A stretch of 64,000 nucleotides of DNA from Candidatus Latescibacterota bacterium (lineage in GTDB: Bacteria > Latescibacterota > CBDEFO01): positions 864,001 to 928,000 of the forward strand of contig CBDEFO010000008.1 in the NCBI GenBank assembly GCA_965237525.1, given 5' to 3'. How positions within the stretch are numbered: position 1 is the stretch's first letter; every line of letters starts with the position of its first letter. The translations under genes were made by a program, and so were the position numbers. The notes under the pieces were generated by a model. That model was not told the DNA's origin and did not search any database. It saw only the letters and a list, made by a program, of their open reading frames with translations. Below, in pieces: positions 41,717-51,714 of the stretch.

Positions 41717-42295
41717 ATGTCCTCAAAGATTGGGGTGTTGGCTCTGACAGTCGTATTTGCACTATTTCCTTGGGTGGCAGGTGTGTATGCAGGTGAGAAA
41801 TCAGAGGCAGAGTCTAAGACCTCCTCCAACGAGATCAAGATAGGTGTGGGAGGAATGATGTGCGACGGCTGTGTGGAAAAACTTGAGAAAGCTCTGTGGA
41901 GCAGTATGGGTGATTCGGTCAGTGTCAAGGTCAGCCTCGGTTCGGAAATGGCACAGCTTACCTGCCCAATCGGAAAGTTCCTTGAGGTGGAGGTGCTCCA
42001 AAAGGAGGTTACAAATACCGGCTTTACCCCGAAGGATGTCGAAATCAAGGCTACAGGACGTCTGGTTACGCTGAAAGATGGAAAACCTGCTTTCCATGTA
42101 ACCGGAAGCAAGGAGAGCTTTCTGCTCGTTCAAAATGACCAACTCGATAAGCTGAAGAAGAGAACGGGAAGCCAGGATAGCGATATTGTGATAAGCGGTA
42201 GGCTAAGTGCTATCCCGTCAAAAAATAAAGAAAAGGAGAGCACAGGGCCACCTTTGGCTCTTTTGATAGAAAGCTTTCAGATAGCAAAAAAGTAA
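41717..42295 (+). CDS. Exported heavy-metal-associated (HMA) domain protein
   Basis: Signal peptide and GMMCDGC motif. Confidence 0.75.
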   Translation: MSSKIGVLALTVVFALFPWVAGVYAGEKSEAESKTSSNEIKIGVGGMMCDGCVEKLEKALWSSMGDSVSVKVSLGSEMAQLTCPIGKFLEVEVLQKEVTNTGFTPKDVEIKATGRLVTLKDGKPAFHVTGSKESFLLVQNDQLDKLKKRTGSQDSDIVISGRLSAIPSKNKEKESTGPPLALLIESFQIAKK

Positions 42296-42332
42296 AAGCA
42301 GTTCAATAGGACGGTATACTAAAATCACAATG

Positions 42333-42370
42333 AAAAAGCCCTGGGGAATAACATCTCCAGGGCCTTTTTT
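42333..42370. terminator. Bidirectional intrinsic terminator
   Basis: AAAAA-GCCCTGG...CCAGGGC-CTTTTTT between convergent genes. Confidence 0.8.
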
Positions 42371-42463
42371 CTACAAGAATCGTCAAGCCTCATAACCATC
42401 CGATGCCCGGCCCTTCCAATATGCAAGCGACACCGACGGCTTAAGACCTAACGCTTGTTTCTT

Positions 42464-42907
42464 CTACGCACTGGTCAGGGCCGTGTGGAACTCGGCCCAG
42501 TCATCCAGGCTGTTCAGACGAACCGCATCCTTGATCGACCCGTCGTCCTCAACTCCAGCCGCCGACAGAATCTCTCCCCGCGTCTCATCTGCGTGGTTAT
42601 AGCCCGTGATGGCGGCGTTCAGCGCATCTATTTCGCTCGCATCGATGCTGCCGCCGCTCTGCTCCACGACCCATTGTTCGAACTGCGGGTAAGTAGGCAG
42701 ATTATCCTTAAGATAATTCAGAGTCGTCTCACGGTCCAGTTTCAGTCCGTCTAGAACCATCTGATCAAATCCCATCCCGCACTCGTCGTAGCCCTCCGGA
42801 AGTTGGCCTTTGGCGCTTAAAAGCGTCTTCAACCACAATCGGGGCAGGTGAACTACACCTAACGTACCTGCAACACCAGAGCCTATTAAAGGGACAATCC
42901 CTGCCAT
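42464..42907 (-). CDS. DUF5069-like small protein
   Basis: GVVHLPRLWLK, GFDQMVL, LDDWAEFH. Confidence 0.65.
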   Translation of the reverse strand: MAGIVPLIGSGVAGTLGVVHLPRLWLKTLLSAKGQLPEGYDECGMGFDQMVLDGLKLDRETTLNYLKDNLPTYPQFEQWVVEQSGGSIDASEIDALNAAITGYNHADETRGEILSAAGVEDDGSIKDAVRLNSLDDWAEFHTALTSA

Positions 42908-44569
42908 CTATTTCCTCCTTTATTTATAAGGTTGGCAATTGACCAAGAAGCTGCATCTATCCTAATTCCACGGATCAGCTACTTTCGCTTGATATTTAAG
43001 CCGTCTTTCATCGGCTTCCTCTCAATCTGGAAGCACAGATAAGCAATAATACGAATTGAGGGTCTGTGATGTGATGCAGATTACAAAATAATAAAAGACG
43101 AGGCAGATGTCAACAAAACTTTCGTCGTTTAGATTCAAGGAAGTTTCAGCTAACAGAAGTGTCGAAGGCCTTGCAAACTAAGCTCGACTCTCTGTATCAC
43201 CTTCCTTTCGTAACGCCTATCTCATCAAGATCAGTTTTCTTGTCCGAGCAAATCTATCTGCTTTCAGCCGATACAGATATACTCCACTGGCAAGACTCCT
43301 TGCACTATCATCTTTACCGTCCCAGACCACAGAGTAACTGCCTCCGTCCATCTCCTCATCAACCAATGTCGCAACTTTCTGTCCCACTATGTTAAAGACA
43401 GATATAGTAACGCGGGTTCCAAGCGGAAATCACGTCTCCCATCTTGCCCTCCCAGACGATCGGAAGATCCACGTGTCCGGGTGTATCCCCCGACTTAGTT
43501 TCCGACCAGGCAAGTGTGCCTGCAATGGGTGCCCTCTTAGCTAACACTCCGCAGTCCGGATCAGCCGGGAAGCAGGGGATAGCCTCTACGACGTAGCGAA
43601 GGACTAAGGCGGCATCGAAAGCCCCGACCGTGCCGTTGCCGGAGACATCCGCAACGCGAGCAGAAGTACCAGGAAGTGTGATCAGTCCCACCGTATGCTG
43701 AAGGATCAACACAGCATCGAAGGAGGTGACCTCTCCGTTGTCTGACACATCACCAAGCAGGGGTGGCCTGTCCAGTGTAAAGTTCCCATCTCCCATTGGT
43801 CGGCACTGAGGTCTGGACGCCGTCTGAGGCAACTACCGACCACGTCACAGGGAGCTGCACCTTGGGCAGGCCGAAGGGGTTAAAATCGAGCACTAAGGTG
43901 GTGTCTTCCACTACAAAGCTCGTGTCTATTTGATCGACAACGATGGTGAGCGTATACGCCAGACTGTCTCTGTCTATGTCGGGTGCCTCTGTCCAGAGGA
44001 AGAGGACTGAATCGCGCGGAACAAGACTACTATCGGGGGGAGACAACCGCACAAAGTTCCCTGGAGCGTCGTTAGTCGGGGTTACCGTCACTACCACTGT
44101 CGCTGTGTCGGTCAAGGCGGTATCTATAACCACGTATTTGAACGTGTCTGTACCGTTGAAATCTGTCTTGGAGTGTAAGTCACCGTACTGTCGCCAGGGT
44201 CGATGACGACCGTTCCAACAGTGCCTGTAGTATCTAGCGATTGTACCTTTATCGTGTCCTCGTCAATGTCGAAATCGTTGACAAGCACAAAGATAGTAAT
44301 TGTCGTATCCTCAGGCGTGGTGACGGTGTCGTTCACGGCAACTGGCGGGTTGTTTATAAATTCTACGGTAAATGGATGAATGTGCTGCAGGCTGCTTAGG
44401 CCGTTTTCATCTGTAGCGTGGATATGCATATTGTAAGTGCTATCAATCCCCAGGATCGATAGCACTGCCGTGAAATTGACCTCCACATCGATGGCGGGTG
44501 CAAAATTTGAGTAGGTAAAACTCTGCGTCCTTGCGCTCGGTCTGCTGAAATAGTATTCAACAGCAGTGA

Positions 44570-45313
44570 TATTTGGCGCAACATCCAGCCTCTTCTTCAA
44601 AAATGGACTGGTATAAGATAAGCTCCAGTTGCTGCTGTCGTCCCGCGCCCGAACAAAAAGTACGTGAAGTCCGTCGCCTGTGCCACTCAAGTCAACCACA
44701 AAATCCTTTGTGATGTCAACTCCTGCTGTAATAGGAATATCCACTCCCGCTCCAAACCCTGGGTCTGTGTCTATGTAATACTCCGCCTTTGTGACCTTCG
44801 GCTCAACATCGAGCCTCTTCTTCAAAAATGGACTCGTATAGGACAAACTCCAATTGCTACTGTTATCCCGCGCTCGAACAAAAAGTACGTGAAGTCCATC
44901 GCCTGTGCCGCTCAAGTCAACTACAAAATCCTTCGTGATGTCAACTCCCGCTGCAATAGAGATATCCACGCCATTTCCGAATCCGGGGTCTGTGTCTATG
45001 TAATACTCCGCCTTTGTGACATTCGGTGCGACTTCCAGCCTCTTCTTCAAGAACGGACTGGTGTACGATAAACTCCAGTTGCTGCTGTCGTCCCGCGCAC
45101 GTACAAAAAGTACGTGAAGTCCATCGGTTACGCCCGAAAGATTTACTACAAAATCCTTAGTGATGTCAATTCCCGCTGTAATAGGAACATCCACGCCATT
45201 TCCGAATCCGGGGTCTGTGTCTATGTAATATTCGGCCTTTGTGACATTCGGTGCAACTTCCAGCCTTTTCTTCAGGAACGGATTGGTATAAGATAAACTC
45301 CATTTGCTGCTGT
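44570..45313 (-). repeat. 225-bp tandem coding repeats (EYYIDTDPG...RARDDSSxWSLSYTSPFLKKR); more copies at 53874-54470
   Basis: Near-identical 75-aa units visible in both chimeric ORFs. Confidence 0.9.
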
Positions 45314-45326
45314 CGTCCCGCGCCCG

Positions 45327-45836
45327 CTCCGGATCGTCCGGACGGCTCCAGCCGTTCTCGTGGTTCTGCCAGTCCCGCAATGCGTCAAACGTCTTCTGCC
45401 ATCCAGGAGCCGCGATATTCAGGCTCTTGCCGGTCTCAAGATCGCAGCGCGCCGCCAAGACATGCACGTGGACACCCCCGCCCGCTTCGCGGTGCTGGAC
45501 CGCTGCCCAGGCGTAGCGGTCCGGTTCGAGCCCCGCCCAGGCGGTTTTCTCGAACTCGTCCACCACTCGGCCGATTTGCGCATCGCTCGGTTTGTCCTCC
45601 GGTGCCCAGGCGATGACGCCCGACGTGTACTTGTGCTCGAACTGAAGCGCGTCGGCCACGTCGGCCACCTGGTACGGATTGCCCCGCAGCACTTTGACTT
45701 CTTCCGGGTTCTTCTCCGGGTCCCGGTCCTGATCTTGGTCCTGATCCTGTTCGGGGGCGAGGTTTTGCTCGCGGGTGAGGTAGTCCGCCGCCGCCGCTGC
45801 CGACCCGGTTCCGCGAGCGAGAAACTTGATGATCAT
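45327..45836 (-). CDS. mobA: Relaxase (MobA/MbeA-like) N-terminal catalytic half, fused in frame to scaffold repeats (chimeric ORF to 44124)
   Basis: MIIKFLARGTGSAAAAADYL, KYTSGVIAW, FEKTAWAGL, VQHREAGGGVHVHV, DLETGKSLN, NGWSRPDDP. Confidence 0.88.
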
Positions 45837-46159
45837 CGCGGTTCCCCCTCGACGGTCAAAGTGTCGAGCGCCCGCTCGATGGCGACCAGATGCGTGACCA
45901 CCTCCAGCGCCTCGACGTTCTCCTTGTGGGTGTTCGCCCAGCGGGCGATCTGGTTCAGGTTCGACCCGACCCGCGCCAGCTCCCGCGTGCGCTCTCGTTC
46001 CAGCTCGGCGTGCGCGACCGTCCAGGTCCGCACCCGGCCAACTGACCGGCGCACCAGATCCGACAGCGATAACCCAACGGAGCGGGCCTTGGTGTGCCAC
46101 TCGGCCCGCTCCGCTTCGCTGGCTCTGATCTTCACCCAGACTTCCCGCCGCGCGCCCAT
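45833..46159 (-). CDS. mobC: MobC/MbeC relaxosome accessory protein
   Basis: VKIRASEAE RHH-like start, LARVGSNLNQIARWAN motif; overlaps mobA start. Confidence 0.9.
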   Translation of the reverse strand: MGARREVWVKIRASEAERAEWHTKARSVGLSLSDLVRRSVGRVRTWTVAHAELERERTRELARVGSNLNQIARWANTHKENVEALEVVTHLVAIERALDTLTVEGEPR

Positions 46160-46179
46160 GATGCTCCTTCCCTCGCCGG

Positions 46180-46265
46180 ATGGGGGTCGAAGGGGGCTTG
46201 CCCCCTCGCCAGTCCCTGCCGGGGACCGCGCGCAAGCGTGGCCCCAAAGGGTAGGCTGGCTTCAC
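46180..46265 (+). other. Putative ColE1-type oriT / nic site
   Basis: Inverted repeats followed by GGGTAGGCTGG/CTTCAC, resembling the ColE1 nic CTGG/CTT, just upstream of mobC. Confidence 0.65.
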
Positions 46266-46390
46266 TAAGATCTGAGTATATCTGTTCCCGGTGTCCTTTG
46301 GGGATGAGAGGCTATAGGATTCTGTACAGTGATATCAAATGGAATACAAAGTGCTTCGGGGCTTCAGGCTTGACCTTGGGCCTTCAGTTC

Positions 46391-46582
46391 CTAGTCGCTT
46401 GGATCGTTCCTCGCGGCTTCCGCCTCGGCTTCGGTAATCGTTTCATCTTCCATCAAACCGATCTGATCTCCCAACTCCCGCGTCAATTCCACCGCTTCAC
46501 CTGTCGTCAGCGCCTTCCAAAATTCATCCTCGGTTTCGACCGAGAGCACCAGCTCGTCACCGTTCCGTTTCTTGCGGATCAT
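46391..46582 (-). CDS. Small hypothetical plasmid protein
   Basis: 63-aa acidic ORF with GGAAGG RBS, between oriT and ori repeats. Confidence 0.4.
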   Translation of the reverse strand: MIRKKRNGDELVLSVETEDEFWKALTTGEAVELTRELGDQIGLMEDETITEAEAEAARNDPSD

Positions 46583-46712
46583 GGTTTTCCTTCCGTGTTT
46601 TCCCGCTAGGTCGAGCCGCGTATCGGCTTGACCTGCCCCGGTGCGGAGGCTATCCGGGTTTTGACTTTGGGTTTCTTCCCAGGTCGATTTTATCCACAGT
46701 AGTCGTCGCTCC

Positions 46713-46805
46713 TACTACTTGTTCTGTACTACTTGTTCTGTACTACTTGGATGGGGGTTCACTTTGCACGTATTTAGACCGGGTGGGGGGTTTCACTTTG
46801 CACGT
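46713..46805. repeat. Iteron-like direct repeats next to rep (putative plasmid origin)
   Basis: TACTACTTGTTCTG x2 + TACTACTTG, and GGGG(T)TTCACTTTGCACG x2. Confidence 0.6.
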
Positions 46806-46949
46806 GGAAAACTCTCCAGAATCACATAAGCCTGTGGAAAGAGGCGATTTACGGCCTCTGATGATTCAAGAACGGCGGGGCATACCTAGAAGTCCAACTC
46901 GGCAGGGGAAGGCCGCTGACGGGCCGCTGAGAGGGCGGGAAAGGGCCGA

Positions 46950-47923
46950 TTAGCTTGGTAGCTGGCCCTGATTGATCGGCGCGATCTTGGGAGTTGAGGG
47001 ATGCAGGATCAGAAGGCCCGGAGCCGTTGAGTAGTTCAAGTCCTTCCAGGCCAGCTTGATCTTCTGCAACTCCCGTAGAACCTTACGGCGGAAGTTCTTG
47101 ACGGTTTGCTTGTCGCTGGCCTTGTCCGGGTCCAAGCCAAACTGACGGTACACCTGCCGCCAGGTGAGGCGCAGCGGAGCGCGAAGCGGGAAGGTGCGGT
47201 AGACCAGCCAGAGGTAGAGATCGAGGCCCAAGGAACATCGCTTGAGGGCTGTGAGGGTGTTCATGTCGAGCGGCACCGGATGGTTGATGATCTCGTTGAA
47301 GAAGTCCTCGCTGAGTTCGATCTTGCTGTCCCAGAGTGAGGGCTGGTCGGGCTTGCGCTCGTTCCACCAAAACTCGGTGCGGCGGGCGATCACGGCGTTC
47401 ACCGTGGCTTCGCCGTGCTGATCCTCGTAGAGCAACTGGATATGAGCGTTGAAGAGCCGCTTCATGTGGTTGCGGAGCTTAATTTGCTCGCGGCCCCCGC
47501 CGCTACTGTAGACCCCAGGGTCTTCATGAACTTCGCCAGGGACGGCCCTAGAATCAGTACACGGCTTTGGGTCCGTACCGCTTCGGTCGAGACCCAGGCC
47601 ATCAAGAGCCTTGGAAAATTGCCGAAGGGGAGCTTGTTATCGCCTATAGCGGTCATGTAGAGCGTGAAGGGGCCGTTGACGCGCTTGTACTCTTTCCGGG
47701 TGCCGGGGTTGTTGGTGCGGGGCAGGCTGCATAGCGCCAACAGCCGCGCCATGAAGCCGAGATCGGGGTCCGCTTCGCTGGCCGAAACCAACTGGTTCAC
47801 CTGATCGAAGCGGGTGAAGTGGTGCACCGCTTGGGGCGTGGCGTCGCGGATCAACTTCACCGGCCCGCCCATACCGGAGAGGGCATCACCGATCGGAACC
47901 AACTCGCCGCGTTGACGCTGCAT
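46950..47923 (-). pseudogene. repA: Plasmid replication initiator (RepA_C / IncW-pBBR1-like), frameshifted at a C4 run (47513-47516)
   Basis: GFMARLLALCSLP, LPFGNFPRLLMAWVSTEAVRT, HPVPLD, LGLDLYLWLVYR; adding one G on the minus strand gives LGVYSSGGGREQIKLRNHMKRLF. Confidence 0.82.
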
Positions 47924-47990
47924 GCTTTATTCTCCTATGTTCCGCAGACAAAACCACTCGGTATCGGTGTCCGGTGCGCAACGCTTCGAC

Positions 47991-50081
47991 CTACGGCTTT
48001 AGATCCTCGAAACGGCTCGTCAACTCTTTGAACAACGCCTCTGCCCGGTCCAGAATCTCTTTCGGTATATCTTTTGGCTCAGTCGTTGACCACGCCACCA
48101 CGATCCGGCGCGCGACCTCCGGCTTCCATCCACCCGGCAGCTCGACACCATGCCGCACCGCGGCGCTCTTGATTTGATCCACCAGACTGCCTTTGCTGCG
48201 ATCATCCTGATTAAGACTGACTTTGCCGACGACCTCTTTCAGCACGGGTAAAATCGTCGCCTCACCGATGATGTCCTCGGTTTCACATTTTTCTTTTCCG
48301 AGCACATCTCCCAACATCAACACGGCCTTTTCATGACCCGCATACAGTTTCTTCATCAGCGCGTCCTGTCGCGCTCTCCCTGCATCGTCGCCGTCTAGCA
48401 ACACAACCGGCCGCACCTCCTGTCCCAGAAACAGCGACGCGATGTGGCCTACCATCTTGGTTCCGCCGCAGGGTGTAATGTAAATATCTTCGGGTAAACC
48501 CTCTCGTCCTAGCGCATGGCAGCACAGGTTCAGGCCGTGCAGATACAGGTAATCCGTCAATCCCTCCACCAGCACATTCTTCTTGTGCTGGAACAGCCCG
48601 CGCACCATCGCATAACCCGCCGCCGCTTGCAATGGGAAAATCGTTTCCCTGTCTTCCGGCCAGCTATCGACACTGATCCGCGAATGCCCGGTGTCATCTT
48701 CCGTGACTGGACGAACCCGGTGGAGGCGCTCGCTATCAATCAAGAACGGCGAGTGCGTGGTGTAAATCAGCGGGTTGTCCTCAGCCAGCTTCTCGAAGAA
48801 CGACATGAGCTCCTGCTGTGCCGTCGGGTGCAAGTGCAACCCCGGCTCGTCGAGTAGTAGGATCGCATCCTCGTGACCCTCCTTCGATTCGACAAGAAAG
48901 ACGAGGTAGAACGAGAAAAACCACTGAAACCCTTTGCTACGTGACTCCAGTTCAATTTCGACACCCGGTCTTCTGTCGTCCGACACCCAAATACGAAAAT
49001 AGTCGCCATCAACGTCGTACCGGATGTTGTGACGCCGCTGACGAAACCATTCCGAGAATCGCTTTGTGATGTCGAGGGAAGCGGAGTTGACCTTAACTGC
49101 CCGAAGTTCTTTGCGTTCTTGGTCACTCTTGATCATTGCCGGTGTAACTTCTTGTTTCGCTTGTCTCGCTTCGGCAGCTTCCTCTTGTCCCAGTTCCGCG
49201 AGGTCCTGCGCGTCGAGACCCACGTCTTTAAACATCGCATTGATCGTGCGGATTCTCGCTTCGTCCGGTAAGCGCTCGAGATCTTCCAGGAATCGAGGTA
49301 GGTAGACCGCACTATCAAGAATCCCGTAATTCTCGAAATAGATGAACACCGGCAACTCGCTCTCAATGGCTTCATCGAGCTGCGGTAGGAGTGGCGCTGT
49401 CTTCGCCCTGACGCGCAGCTCATCGACCTTCTCGAGAATAACTTCAACCAAATCCGCCGTCGCTGGCTGCGTGTGTGCATTCGCTTCTCTACGCACTCTG
49501 TCCAACAGCCTGACGCCCTTCTCGGTCCGCAAATTATGTAGCTTTCCCACAGCGTCCTTGTTGCGGTCGGCCCAGTTCACCAATTTTGTCCAAAACGGCG
49601 GCATGGCTTGCTCCTGGTCTCCCACCGTCGCGGCCAGACGCCGCGCTCCTTTTGCGAATACATCCAGCACCGTCGTCAGTTCCTCCGGGGCGACTAGGTC
49701 CTCCACCACCTCAGGGTCGTATTCGATCTTCAGATTATCGTCATAAGAGCGCGTCAGAACCGCCTTTTGCGGTATCTCCGCACCGTTTAGGAGATCCCCA
49801 AGTTCCTCGCGGAATTCATCTGACAGCTCGAATTCAACCTGACACACAGGCCAGTCCTCGTCATCTCGGTACTCAGCCGTGAAACGGTCACGCGGAAACT
49901 CCCGTTGTGCGTTATAAGGCTCCTCGGTTGACGGGTTGAATTTGTGCAGCGCCTTCAGCAACGCTGTTTTCCCCGCCTCGTTTCGACCGACAAAGACCGT
50001 CGCCCGCTCAAGCGGAATCCACCCGCTGTCGTTGATGTTGCGGTAGTTCAGAACCCGGAACTTCTTCGCGATCAGCTTCAT
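47991..50081 (-). CDS. OLD-family ABC-ATPase + TOPRIM nuclease
   Basis: Walker A GRNEAGKT, signature ESRSKGFQWF, Walker B LLLDEP, TTHS, TOPRIM VEGLTD and LDGD. Confidence 0.88.
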   Translation of the reverse strand: MKLIAKKFRVLNYRNINDSGWIPLERATVFVGRNEAGKTALLKALHKFNPSTEEPYNAQREFPRDRFTAEYRDDEDWPVCQVEFELSDEFREELGDLLNGAEIPQKAVLTRSYDDNLKIEYDPEVVEDLVAPEELTTVLDVFAKGARRLAATVGDQEQAMPPFWTKLVNWADRNKDAVGKLHNLRTEKGVRLLDRVRREANAHTQPATADLVEVILEKVDELRVRAKTAPLLPQLDEAIESELPVFIYFENYGILDSAVYLPRFLEDLERLPDEARIRTINAMFKDVGLDAQDLAELGQEEAAEARQAKQEVTPAMIKSDQERKELRAVKVNSASLDITKRFSEWFRQRRHNIRYDVDGDYFRIWVSDDRRPGVEIELESRSKGFQWFFSFYLVFLVESKEGHEDAILLLDEPGLHLHPTAQQELMSFFEKLAEDNPLIYTTHSPFLIDSERLHRVRPVTEDDTGHSRISVDSWPEDRETIFPLQAAAGYAMVRGLFQHKKNVLVEGLTDYLYLHGLNLCCHALGREGLPEDIYITPCGGTKMVGHIASLFLGQEVRPVVLLDGDDAGRARQDALMKKLYAGHEKAVLMLGDVLGKEKCETEDIIGEATILPVLKEVVGKVSLNQDDRSKGSLVDQIKSAAVRHGVELPGGWKPEVARRIVVAWSTTEPKDIPKEILDRAEALFKELTSRFEDLKP

Positions 50082-50121
50082 CTCTTAATCATCCTCAACA
50101 TCCCTGTTTTCCCTAGGCATC

Positions 50122-51714
50122 TTAAGCCCGCGCCGTTTTGAATAGTTCGCCTTGCTTCTGTTCTTGCGGCCGCGCCGGGGCGGGAAGCAGATCCGCGATC
50201 GCCGTCGCTGGCACGTTGCCCAGTTCCTTCGGTTCCAGCTTGTAAAGTCCGCCGCCGTACACCCGACCTTCACCGAGCATCGCTAGCAGGCAGATCTCGT
50301 TCAGAAGCTTCCAGACCTTCCTTTTTAAAGCTGGGCTGGTCTTCAGGGCACGTTCGATCGGCCCCTTCGGATACAGCATCAAATACACATTCGCTGCCGT
50401 CGCCCGCGAATTGTTCAGTATGAAGCGAAACGGCCGACCGCTCTTTGTGTCGCTCCGGCCGAGATAGGTGCATACGAACGGCGGCGGCGGCCGGTTCTCT
50501 TGTGTGTACCACGGCGTCCTATGCCGGCAGAGATAGCGTTTAGGTACGCCCTGCGCCTTGCCTTCTTCAAGATAGGCCCACAGCTTCGGATAGCGCCGTC
50601 TGACCTCGTCTTCCTCTAATTGGCAGTCAAGCAAGAACGATCGCCGCTCCAGCACGGGGTTTCCCCTCTTATCCGCGACGACCTCGTCATCCGGCAAATA
50701 ACGCGGGCTTGGCAATATCGGCTGAAACGCCTCCATCGGCAGCTCCCGCCGCTCGATTTCTTCAGCCGACAGAATGAAATAGCTATTGTTGCCCGTGGCG
50801 AGCCCACGCTTGATCTTGAAGAAATCGCCCAGAACCGGCGCATCCGTCTGGTCAAAGCTCTCTTTCATCGGGTACCGCGTCCACTTCGGGTCGCGGCGTA
50901 ACGTATCGACGGGCACCAGACGCTTCAGTTTCGGTTGTTCCAGTGAGCCTCCATAGGTGAAACGTACTTCGTGCTCCGCAGTCGGCGCTTCCTTGCGGAA
51001 CCACACCACGGCCGACGACACCAGCGCATCGCCGAATTGCACATCACTCGGATCGAAGCGATGAATGTGCAGCAGCGTCACCTTGTCGAGCAGATAACCC
51101 TTCACCGAAGCGCCATAGTTCACGTCCATAAACTCGCTCGGGATCAACCAGCCCGCCAAACCGCCGTTCGCCATCCACGCATGGCTCAACCCGAGGAAGT
51201 AGCAATACAGCCCGGCCAAGCCGTTGATCTCCACCCCACAGGCTTCCTGCGTGCGCACCTTCAGGCGCTGTTTCTCGCCGTTGACAATATGGTGATGCCG
51301 CACATAGGGCGGATTACAGATCAGCAGATTGAACCTTTCAGAGTCCTTCAGCCCTTCAGCTTGCGTGAAGTCCTCCAGATGCACATTCAACCCCGTCGAT
51401 CCCCACAACTCCGCCGCTGGCGTGCCGTAATGCGGGTCGATTTCGTAACCATCAGCCGAGCCGATACGGTTTTTCGGAAACACGTCAAGTAAGGCTGAGT
51501 AGAACGACCCGGTTCCGATAGCCGGATCAATGAAACGCACTTCTGTGCTCTTTCCGAGATGCGCTTTTGCATACCGGAGTATGTCAACGGCCAGCCCGGT
51601 CGGCGTGGCAAACTGCCCCATCCGATTCCGTTCCGCCTGCTCCTTCTCTGCGTCCAGACCCCCTTGCAGGGCCAGCCGACGCACTTCAAACCTTGAAATC
51701 TCTTTCTTCGCCAT
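50122..51714 (-). CDS. Type II N6-adenine DNA methyltransferase (gamma class, XamI-system-like)
   Basis: GQFATP, DPAIGTGSF (motif I), NPPY (motif IV), GRVYGGGLYKLEPKEL; directly follows the endonuclease. Confidence 0.9.
   Translation of the reverse strand: MAKKEISRFEVRRLALQGGLDAEKEQAERNRMGQFATPTGLAVDILRYAKAHLGKSTEVRFIDPAIGTGSFYSALLDVFPKNRIGSADGYEIDPHYGTPAAELWGSTGLNVHLEDFTQAEGLKDSERFNLLICNPPYVRHHHIVNGEKQRLKVRTQEACGVEINGLAGLYCYFLGLSHAWMANGGLAGWLIPSEFMDVNYGASVKGYLLDKVTLLHIHRFDPSDVQFGDALVSSAVVWFRKEAPTAEHEVRFTYGGSLEQPKLKRLVPVDTLRRDPKWTRYPMKESFDQTDAPVLGDFFKIKRGLATGNNSYFILSAEEIERRELPMEAFQPILPSPRYLPDDEVVADKRGNPVLERRSFLLDCQLEEDEVRRRYPKLWAYLEEGKAQGVPKRYLCRHRTPWYTQENRPPPPFVCTYLGRSDTKSGRPFRFILNNSRATAANVYLMLYPKGPIERALKTSPALKRKVWKLLNEICLLAMLGEGRVYGGGLYKLEPKELGNVPATAIADLLPAPARPQEQKQGELFKTARA

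Noticed and set aside
44124..46265. A natural relaxase-adhesin fusion protein family (713-aa and 584-aa ORFs)
   Set aside because: Both ORFs are fully explained as junction products of the plasmid insertion; the first 143 codons of the 713-aa ORF are an alternative frame over mobC/oriT
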